Shown here: positions 36,366 to 43,401 of the stretch, one piece after another
How the letters are laid out: the number at the start of each line of letters is the position of its first letter
How positions within the stretch are numbered: position 1 is the stretch's first letter
Assembly (NCBI GenBank): GCA_046757525.1
Contig: JBHHYI010000012.1
Coordinates: 1-43,401 of the forward strand
DNA: 43,401 nucleotides
From: a bacterium
GTDB lineage: Bacteria; Zhuqueibacterota; Zhuqueibacteria; Oceanimicrobiales; Oceanimicrobiaceae
Direction of reading: 5' to 3'
Translations under genes and position numbers: made by a program
The notes under the pieces: generated by a model
What the model was told of the DNA's origin: nothing
Seen by the model: only the letters and a program-made list of their open reading frames with translations
The model's database searches: none

Positions 36366-37409
36366 ATGTTTTCATCGAAATATTTCGGAATAAGGGTTGT
36401 TGTTCTACTGGTCCTGGGCGGGAGCTTGCTCTTCGACGAGGCGTCGGCCCAGGATGTAAAAAAAGTCGGGACCTCGGCAGCAACCTTCTTGCGAATTCCT
36501 GTGGGGGTCCGCGGTACGGCCATGGGCAGCGCTTTTGTTTCTATTGCCGATGACGCCACAGCCATGTTTTGGAATCCCAGTGGCATCGCTCGCATGTCAG
36601 ACATCACCCTGTTTTTTGACCACGCACCCTGGTTGTCGAGTTTAAACTTCAACTACTTTGGCGCGGTTTTTCCCTTTGGAAGTCAGGGTTCGCTTGGCCT
36701 CAATGTGACCTCCCTGTCCACGGACGATATGTTGATTACCACCGTGGACCAACCCCTGGGCACCGGGGAGACCTTCTCTGCCACCAGCGTGGCCGTGGGG
36801 GTTGCTTATGCCAGAAACTTGACCGATCGCTTTTCCATTGGCATCAATATCAAATATCTCCATGAATCCATCTTGAACTCCAACGCTTCAGGATTTGCTT
36901 TTGACATCGGTACGCTGTACGATACGCCTTTCCCCGGTGTGCGCCTTGGCGTGAGTCTTTCCAACTTTGGCACAAATCTGCGCATCGATGGCGAGGATTT
37001 GAACGTGCGCGTCGATATCGCACCAGACCAGCAAGGCAACAATCAAAGCGTGGTTGGCCGCTTGCGAACAGATGACTTCGACGCACCCCTGATGATGCGG
37101 GTGGGTATTTCCTGGGATGCGTTTCGTGTTCATGGCAACAGACTCACGCTGGCTGTGGATGGCCTCAATCCGAATGACAATGCCCAGAGCCTTAATTTGG
37201 GCGGAGAATATGCCCTGTTCAACGAGACCCTGGTCCTACGCGGCGGCTTCAACGATGTGTTCTTAGATGATCGGGAGAAGGGTTTGACGTTGGGATTGGG
37301 GGTTAATTTTACCACCGAGAACGGCATTGGTTTTTCCGGCGGCTACGCCTTTCAGGATTTTGAGCATCTCGATTCCGTAAACCGATTTTCCCTGGAGCTG
37401 AGATTCTGA
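36366..37409 (+). CDS. PorV/PorQ-family outer-membrane beta-barrel (module B)
   Basis: KVGTSAATFLRIPVGVRGTAMGSAFVSIADDATAMFWNPSGI, NLTDRF, terminal Phe. Paralog of 6048. Confidence 0.85.
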   Translation: MFSSKYFGIRVVVLLVLGGSLLFDEASAQDVKKVGTSAATFLRIPVGVRGTAMGSAFVSIADDATAMFWNPSGIARMSDITLFFDHAPWLSSLNFNYFGAVFPFGSQGSLGLNVTSLSTDDMLITTVDQPLGTGETFSATSVAVGVAYARNLTDRFSIGINIKYLHESILNSNASGFAFDIGTLYDTPFPGVRLGVSLSNFGTNLRIDGEDLNVRVDIAPDQQGNNQSVVGRLRTDDFDAPLMMRVGISWDAFRVHGNRLTLAVDGLNPNDNAQSLNLGGEYALFNETLVLRGGFNDVFLDDREKGLTLGLGVNFTTENGIGFSGGYAFQDFEHLDSVNRFSLELRF

Positions 37410-37435
37410 CTTTGGAACCGATCCAAATTGACCCA

Positions 37436-37468
37436 AACCCTGTCAGGGTTCCAAACCCTGACAGAGTT
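37436..37468. repeat. Doublet of the 15-bp palindrome AACCCTG(A/T)CAGGGTT
   Basis: AACCCTGTCAGGGTT (37436-37450) and AACCCTGACAGAGTT (37454-37468). Confidence 0.85.
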
Positions 37469-37540
37469 GTGACTCTAAAACCAAAAAGGAGGTGATGTTA
37501 GACCTTAGAAAGTTCTAGTAGCGTGATTCCTAATTACTGT

Positions 37541-37617
37541 TGCAAACCCTGACAGGGTTTCATTGAACGATCACAGCTATAGTTTTGCCGTTCAGAACCC
37601 TGTCAGGGTTGATATGT
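37541..37617. repeat. About 76-bp REPIN-like element, copy 1
   Basis: tgcaAACCCTGACAGGGTTtcattga...acagctat...AACCCTGTCAGGGTTgatatgt. Direct repeat of 40996-41070. Confidence 0.88.
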
Positions 37618-37684
37618 TAATTGAGAATCGCTCGTCTAGTTATTAATTAACGGCATCTATTTACCAAAAATTCGGAGGCGGAGA

Positions 37685-40558
37685 ATGCAAAAGTTCGTAT
37701 GCTTTTTTGTCATGTTGACCGTGATTCTGCTGGGTAATGTCCTATTCGCCCAGGATCACCTGGTCATAAGTGAGATTGCTGTAACGCCGACACCCGGGGA
37801 ATTTGTGGAAATCTTCAACCCGACCAGCGACACCGTGGACTTGTCGAACTACTACCTCACCGATGCCACATTTGCGGGCGGAGGCGCCTTTTATTATAAG
37901 ATCGTGACCGGCAATGGCGGCGGCGGCGACTTCTTCGATTTTAATGCCTGGTTTCCGGATGGGGCTACGATTGCTCCCGGCGAGTTTCAGACGATTGCTA
38001 TTGCCGGAGATTCCCTGTTTTTTGATGTCTACGGCGTGTTGCCAACTTATGAGCTCTATGAGGATAGCACGGATTTTGCCAACGATGTTCCAGATATGAG
38101 AGAGGCAACGCCTGGAAGCATCGCAACGCCGTTCAATTCGAACAGGCCAAGTGGCTTGACCAACAGCGGTGAAGTGGTCATCCTTTATAGCTGGGACGGT
38201 GTTAGTGACCTGGTGCAGGACGGCGATTACGTGGTTTGGGGAGATAAGGTCGAGGCCGTCGACAAAACCGGGGTTCGAATTGATTCGGACACCGACGCCG
38301 ATTCAGATTCCTCGGAATATCTGCCAGACACGGCTATCGGCTCACAAATCGTCGTCGCCAGCAGTGGCCATGCGTTTGGCAACTCCTGGCAGAGAATCGA
38401 TCCGACCACCGAAGTCGGTGAGACCACCAGTGGAGGCAACGGCATTACCGGGCATGATGAGACCAGCGAAGACTTGGCCTCGGCCTTTACTGAACGGCAG
38501 GTATCTCCCGGTGTTGCTCAAATAATCAATGTTACCTTCCAGTTGAACACCTCCACAAATCTGGACACTCTGGGTGAAAATGGTTTCGTGGAGATAAGGG
38601 GCGCCCTGAACGGCCAGACCGGTCCGGTATTGCCCGGCGGCAAAACCATCGATTGGAGCGCCGCTTCTGATTTGGAATTGAGTAACACTGGCGGCGACTA
38701 CTGGGCGGTTACCTTTGCCATGGAACCCGGCGACACCCTCAACTACAAGTTCTGGACCGGATTTGACGCCAGTAATGGTACGATTCCAGACGGCGGCTGG
38801 GAAGGCCCCTTTAATCCGTCCAATGGGATTAACACGGACACCAGGACGTTCATCTGTGGCAATTCAGACTCAACATTGCCGTTGCAATTCTACCACCCCA
38901 ACGTGGGCGGTGCGAAAGTGGATCAATTCTTCCGTCCGTTCGAGTCGAAACCGGACACCCTGGCCATTTATTTTCGGGTTAATCTTGGCGGCATCACCGA
39001 GACTGCAAAGTTTGATCCTGCGGTCAATGGCCCTGCTGGCGTGAGGGGAGGTGCTGAAACATCTGGCGGAACCATTGACTGGGGGGAGACGCGCGTTCTT
39101 TTGACCCGTGAGGTGGACTCCGTCGATGACGGTTCTTTCTGGTCCGGAGTGGCTTATGTTCCCAAAGATTCCGTACTGGCAGGAAGCACGCAGAAGTACA
39201 AATTCTTCATCGAGAATAACGGTGGCATCGATTGGGAAGGAAGCGTAAATCCAGATGATATTGACGGCAACCGAACTTTCGACTACACCGCTAATCTATT
39301 GGCAACCATGGACACCACGCTGCACTGGGTCTATTTCAACAATCAGGCGCCTACCGGCACGCAAGTGATCGAAAGCACGGTGACTTTCCGTCTGAACCTG
39401 AAGGCGTTAGAGGACATAGGTCTCTTCGACCGCAGTCTCGACGAAGTGGCCGTCATTGGGGCCAAAGGCTGGGATAGGCCAGATGACCTCATCAAGATGA
39501 ATTTTATTCCAGCCTTACAAGAATGGACGGTTGCGGAGCCTTTCACCGCCAGACCTGGTGACAAGATCTTCTACAAGTACTTCGTGCTCTGGGATTCTTC
39601 TCGTGTGGATTCCACCAGCGGCAATTTCATTCCGGCGCTGAGGTCCCTGGATAACGGCTGGGAAGAACCCTCGGTAGAAGGCGGCGGAAACCGCGTTTTG
39701 GTGTTTCAAAATGCCCCGCAACAGAACCCGGACGGTGATTTTGGCTTCGACCAGCAGTTCTTTGCCAGCGTGCCGCCTGGAGGGGTCATCAATCACCATG
39801 TCACCGTAACCTGGAATATCAACATGACGCCGGCAACTGACGCTGCCACCAATCCAAACCCGCTTTTCAGACCCGGTATTGATTCGGTGTTCGTGCAGTT
39901 CGATGGTTCTCTGTTGGCTGTTACTCAGGGCTTTGGCATTGGCGGCACGGACGCCCGCGTGGTCAAGCTGGAGGATCCGGACAACGATGGTATCTACTCC
40001 GGATCTTTAGAGTTTATGGCGCCGTTATGGTATCAGGTTGGCTACATCATTGCGTATTCTACCGATAGCGGCTACATCACCAATGGTGGTGGATTTGACA
40101 AAGGCCGGCGCTACTACCAGTTCATTCGTCCGGACAAAGTCAATGATGACCTGACAGTGGAATATCCGTCCAGTTTCGATTTTCCGGTTTTGGATTGGAT
40201 GGAAAAGAATTTGACGGTGGAAGATCCACCCGACCTGACCAAGCCGACCGCCATAGAGACCAATGGTGACGAGATTCCGCAGAGCTTTGCCCTGCTGCAG
40301 AATTATCCCAATCCCTTCAACCCTGACACCAGGATCCGTTACCAGGTGGCCCGGACTTCGGCGGTGAAAATTCAGATCTACAACTTGATGGGGCAGTTGG
40401 TGAAAACCCTGGTCGATGAGAAACAAAGTGCCGGCAGTTTTGCCGTCGTCTGGCACGGCGATAATGATCAAGGACAGCAGGTTTCTTCCGGTGTGTACTT
40501 CCTGAAGATGAAAGCGGGCGACTTCAACGGCGTGCGCAAGATGGCGTTGGTTCGGTAG
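37685..40558 (+). CDS. Secreted protein: lamin-tail-like domain, about four CBM20/SusE-like modules and a T9SS type-A C-terminal domain
   Basis: Signal peptide; LVISEI...EFVEIFNPT...VDLSNYYLTD; repeated VTFxLN...RG...W...YKF/YKY units; LQNYPNPFNPDTRI...SGVYF...RKMALVR. GGAGG RBS. Confidence 0.82.
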   Translation: MQKFVCFFVMLTVILLGNVLFAQDHLVISEIAVTPTPGEFVEIFNPTSDTVDLSNYYLTDATFAGGGAFYYKIVTGNGGGGDFFDFNAWFPDGATIAPGEFQTIAIAGDSLFFDVYGVLPTYELYEDSTDFANDVPDMREATPGSIATPFNSNRPSGLTNSGEVVILYSWDGVSDLVQDGDYVVWGDKVEAVDKTGVRIDSDTDADSDSSEYLPDTAIGSQIVVASSGHAFGNSWQRIDPTTEVGETTSGGNGITGHDETSEDLASAFTERQVSPGVAQIINVTFQLNTSTNLDTLGENGFVEIRGALNGQTGPVLPGGKTIDWSAASDLELSNTGGDYWAVTFAMEPGDTLNYKFWTGFDASNGTIPDGGWEGPFNPSNGINTDTRTFICGNSDSTLPLQFYHPNVGGAKVDQFFRPFESKPDTLAIYFRVNLGGITETAKFDPAVNGPAGVRGGAETSGGTIDWGETRVLLTREVDSVDDGSFWSGVAYVPKDSVLAGSTQKYKFFIENNGGIDWEGSVNPDDIDGNRTFDYTANLLATMDTTLHWVYFNNQAPTGTQVIESTVTFRLNLKALEDIGLFDRSLDEVAVIGAKGWDRPDDLIKMNFIPALQEWTVAEPFTARPGDKIFYKYFVLWDSSRVDSTSGNFIPALRSLDNGWEEPSVEGGGNRVLVFQNAPQQNPDGDFGFDQQFFASVPPGGVINHHVTVTWNINMTPATDAATNPNPLFRPGIDSVFVQFDGSLLAVTQGFGIGGTDARVVKLEDPDNDGIYSGSLEFMAPLWYQVGYIIAYSTDSGYITNGGGFDKGRRYYQFIRPDKVNDDLTVEYPSSFDFPVLDWMEKNLTVEDPPDLTKPTAIETNGDEIPQSFALLQNYPNPFNPDTRIRYQVARTSAVKIQIYNLMGQLVKTLVDEKQSAGSFAVVWHGDNDQGQQVSSGVYFLKMKAGDFNGVRKMALVR

Positions 40559-40626
40559 CAACCACGCGATTTCTGCTGGCAACGTCAACACCTAACGCCT
40601 GCTGCTGTTAGGAGTTAGCCTTTGGA

Positions 40627-40666
40627 TGAAAAGGGCATGAGCAGCAAGAAGCTCGTGCCCTTTTCA
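40627..40666. terminator. Intrinsic terminator, possibly bidirectional
   Basis: TGAAAAGGGCATGAGC, 8-nt loop, GCTCGTGCCCTTTTCA, about 70 nt after the stop at 40558. Confidence 0.8.
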
Positions 40667-40728
40667 ATGCCAGACTCATTTTAGTCAATAACAAGACTAT
40701 TGTGAATTTTATCTATCGGCCCAATGAA

Positions 40729-40992
40729 TGTCATTCCTGCATGGTTTAAGCAGGAATCCATTCGAAAATTAGGCACAAGATTCCCGATTAATCCGGCAGT
40801 TGCCCATAGGCGTCAACTTAAGCCCCAGACTGTCATTTCGACCCGGCAGCCGCCGGGGAGAAATCTGGTTTGTGCCTAAATCAGACCCCTCGACTACGTC
40901 CGGCAACTGCCGGACTCCGCTCGGGGTGACAATAGGTTGGTTAGACGCCGCTTAAGTTGACGCCAAAAGGCATGCGCCGGACGGGAATGACA
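40729..40992. mobile_element. Nested non-coding palindromic elements including a MITE-like unit with 15-bp terminal inverted repeats
   Basis: TGTCATTCC (40729)...GGAATGACA (ends 40992) enclosing GGCGTCAACTTAAGC (40809-40823) and GCTTAAGTTGACGCC (40950-40964). Confidence 0.7.
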
Positions 40993-40995
40993 CGA

Positions 40996-41070
40996 TGCAA
41001 ACCCTGACAGGGTTTCATTGACAATTACAGCTATTTTTTGTTGTTAAAAACCCTGTCAGGGTTGATATGT
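40996..41070. repeat. About 76-bp REPIN-like element, copy 2
   Basis: AACCCTGACAGGGTT (41000-41014) and AACCCTGTCAGGGTT (41049-41063), with the same flanks as copy 1. Confidence 0.88.
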
Positions 41071-41122
41071 CGATTTTGTTGAGCGTCATAAACGATCTAT
41101 TTGCAATTGACTTTTGCTTGTG

Positions 41123-43114
41123 ATGTCACTGACTGCAAAGAAAAAGCGTATTATCCGGGAAAAGTACCGCAAGCTTTCCGTGGACAAACTCGCGCATGAA
41201 ATTCATGCCCGACCCGAAGAGGTAAAGTCCTACATCGATTCCCTGGGACCGGCACTCGAGCCCGGGCGCCAATGGCTTTTTCGCGCGATTGTGCTTTCGT
41301 TGCCCGTATTTTTCTTCGTCTTGCTGGAATTGGGATTGCGTGCTTTCGATTACAGCGGCAATCTTGACCTTTTCATTTCTGCACCGGGTGAGTACGCCAA
41401 TTATTACATGTGTAATCCTTTCGTTGCCAGGCGTTACTTTTTCATGCAAAGCACCATTCCGGATCCGCCCAATGATTTGTTTCTAAAAGAAAAGCCTGCA
41501 AACGGTTACCGCATATTCGTTTTGGGAGGGTCCACCACGGCCGGCTATCCTTATGGCAATAATATCATGTTCTCGCGTATTTTGCAGTACAGGCTGGCGG
41601 ATGTGTTTCCAGAAAAACAGATCGAGGTCATCAACACCGCTATGACGGCGGTGAATACGTACACGCTGCTCGATTTTGTCGATGAAATTCTGAGACAGCA
41701 ACCCGATGCCATTTTGATTTATGCCGGACACAACGAATTTTACGGAGCGCTGGGCGCGGCCTCGCACGAGTCTCTGGGCAAGTTTCGTGCGTTTGTGAAA
41801 CTGTACTTGAAACTGCAACGGTTCAAAACGTTTCTGTTGATCCGCAACGCCATCGGCAAGCTTAGAAACTGGATCGATCGACTTTTTTACAGCGGCACGC
41901 TTGACAAGCCATCCTCGACTCTGATGGAACGCATGGTCGGCGAGCAAACGATCCCGCTGGGAAGCCCTCTGTACGAATTGGGCAAGCGGCAGTACGAGAA
42001 GAATCTCCGCGACATACTGAACAAGGCCAGGGAAGCGCGTGTGAAGGTCCTGGTAGCCGAGCTGGTGAGCAATATTCACGACGTCAAGCCGTTTATTTCG
42101 GTGCAGACCGATTCCTTGCCCACGGCGGAGTCTGCGTATCTCCAGGCCAAAATGCTGGAAAAAGAGGGGCACTATCTCGCAGCAAAAGAGGCTTATTACC
42201 GCGCCAAAGATTTGGACGCCCTGCGTTTCCGGGCCACCGAAGAGTTCAACCAGGTGATGCATCGCGTGGCCCAGGACTACCGCGTACCTGTGGTGCCGGT
42301 AAGAAAGTACTTTGAAGCGGCTTCCCCTCATGGTTTTATTGGCAACAATTTGATGCTGGAACATCTACACCCGAATGTGGACGGTTATTTTCTGTTGGCC
42401 AATGCTTTTTTCGATGCCATGCGGCAGCATGGATTCATCGCCTCGGTCTGGGACTCCACCCGCATCAGGCCTGCCAGCTATTACCGCCAAGACTGGGGTT
42501 TCACCAGTCTCGATGAGGCCTACGCTGATTTGCGCATCCGTATTCTAAAAGGGAACTGGCCTTTCAAGCCGAAGTCTGTGCCCAATCGTGCCCTGATCGA
42601 TTACCATCCCAGTACCAAGGCTGAATCTTTGGCCGTAAAAATTTGGTTGGAAGATGGCATGAACTTAGAGCGTGGCCACGTGGCTTTGGCAGAATCTTTT
42701 GAAAAGCAGCGCCAATTCAAAAAAGCTTTTGACGAGTACAATGCCTTGCTCTACGCGACGCCCTTTAATGTCTCTCCCTACCTGCGCGCCGCAAATGTCT
42801 TGATCAAAATGGAGCAGTTGGATCGCGCCTTGCCTCTGCTGCAAGCTTCGCTAAAGTTGGAAGACACGGCTTTCGCCAATAAATGGATTGGCCAGATTTA
42901 CCTGAGCCACGGCAAAACCAAAGAAGCCATCCGTTTGCTCGAGAAAGCATTAAACATGACCCCGAAGGATCCCCAACTGTTGTACAATCTAAGTGGGGCC
43001 TATGCGCTGAGTGCCCAGTACGAAAGGTCGCGCAAGACCTTGAAGCGTTTAGAGGAGATCTATCCGAATTTTCCTGGCGCCTCCGATCTGAAACGACAAC
43101 TGGACCAATTGTAG
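41123..43114 (+). CDS. Membrane-anchored SGNH/GDSL-like hydrolase with TPR repeats
   Basis: TM helix then LELGLR; RIFVLGGSTTAG (block I Ser), YAGHNE (block III), EHLHP (block V variant); C-terminal TPRs. Start uncertain (41114, 41120 or 41123). Confidence 0.82.
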   Translation: MSLTAKKKRIIREKYRKLSVDKLAHEIHARPEEVKSYIDSLGPALEPGRQWLFRAIVLSLPVFFFVLLELGLRAFDYSGNLDLFISAPGEYANYYMCNPFVARRYFFMQSTIPDPPNDLFLKEKPANGYRIFVLGGSTTAGYPYGNNIMFSRILQYRLADVFPEKQIEVINTAMTAVNTYTLLDFVDEILRQQPDAILIYAGHNEFYGALGAASHESLGKFRAFVKLYLKLQRFKTFLLIRNAIGKLRNWIDRLFYSGTLDKPSSTLMERMVGEQTIPLGSPLYELGKRQYEKNLRDILNKAREARVKVLVAELVSNIHDVKPFISVQTDSLPTAESAYLQAKMLEKEGHYLAAKEAYYRAKDLDALRFRATEEFNQVMHRVAQDYRVPVVPVRKYFEAASPHGFIGNNLMLEHLHPNVDGYFLLANAFFDAMRQHGFIASVWDSTRIRPASYYRQDWGFTSLDEAYADLRIRILKGNWPFKPKSVPNRALIDYHPSTKAESLAVKIWLEDGMNLERGHVALAESFEKQRQFKKAFDEYNALLYATPFNVSPYLRAANVLIKMEQLDRALPLLQASLKLEDTAFANKWIGQIYLSHGKTKEAIRLLEKALNMTPKDPQLLYNLSGAYALSAQYERSRKTLKRLEEIYPNFPGASDLKRQLDQL

Positions 43115-43176
43115 GAGGCCTGACTGAATTGAACCGTCTCTGTACCACAAGCCGACAACATTGTGTTGTTATTAAG

Positions 43177-43247
43177 AAATCCGTGTTCATCAGTGTAAAT
43201 CCGTGGCTAAACAAATTATTTGGTTGCGGCCGAAGGCCCCGCCAGGG
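43177..43247. repeat. Inverted copy of the 18086-18156 repeat arm
   Basis: Reverse complement reads ccctggcggggccttcggccgcaaccaaataatttgtttagccacggatttacactgatgaacacggattt, closely matching 18086-18156. Confidence 0.85.
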
Positions 43248-43322
43248 CACACGGACACTTTTGCTCAACAGACGAATGATGGACGACCAAAAAAACAATA
43301 TTTCAATAAGCACGGAGCAGAC

Positions 43323-43401
43323 ATGACTTTATTGGATTACGGAATCGTAGTGGTTTACATCTTGGCCATGGTATTCGTCGGTTTGATCTTGCAGCGCAAG
43401 G
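43323..43401 (+). CDS. 5' fragment of a probable sodium:solute symporter, truncated by the window edge
   Basis: GGAG RBS, then MTLLDYGIVVVYILAMVFVGLILQRK, matching the typical SSS N-terminus (LDxxIxxxY...G). Only 26 codons are visible. Confidence 0.6.
   Translation, partial: MTLLDYGIVVVYILAMVFVGLILQRK

Noticed and set aside
37411..37427. TTTGGAACCGATCCAAA as a third LacI operator
   Set aside because: The right arm does not match TTCCA at the correct spacing. It is more simply a short hairpin after the stop codon.
37436..37617. AACCCTG(A/T)CAGGGTT repeats as a CRISPR array
   Set aside because: The units are 15 bp, alternate in orientation and are irregularly spaced, the spacers are similar between copies, and there are no cas genes.
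42804..43326. ORFs 42883-43326 (+) and 42804-43313 (-), and 18224-18409 (-)
   Set aside because: They overlap real genes or run through the palindromic repeats, so their translations are repeat-derived.

Overview
A 43.4-kb bacterial glycan-utilisation region with every credible gene on the + strand (22 complete CDS plus one truncated at the right edge). The gene set suggests an FCB-group diderm such as KSB1, Calditrichota or Ignavibacteria, but this is inference only. It contains two paralogous outer-membrane modules with no SusD, each made of a TonB-dependent receptor, a 1000-1200 aa DxDxDG-rich secreted protein with an atypical C-terminal Ig-like sorting domain, a PorV/PorQ-like barrel and a two-parvulin lipoprotein foldase. 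Module A (230-8921) precedes a sugar ABC transporter and a beta-mannoside block: two GT4, two GH130, a GH2 beta-mannosidase and three differently localised copies of one uncharacterised helical domain. Module B (28273-37409) lies in an alpha-glucan block with LacI, GH13 and a T9SS-type multi-CBM protein. The intergenic regions are packed with nested palindromic REP/MITE-like elements. One GH130 appears to start at ACG, or to be read through from the in-frame TAG of the upstream GT4. No rRNA, tRNA, CRISPR array or transposase gene was seen. All family calls come from motif recognition by eye, not from database searches.
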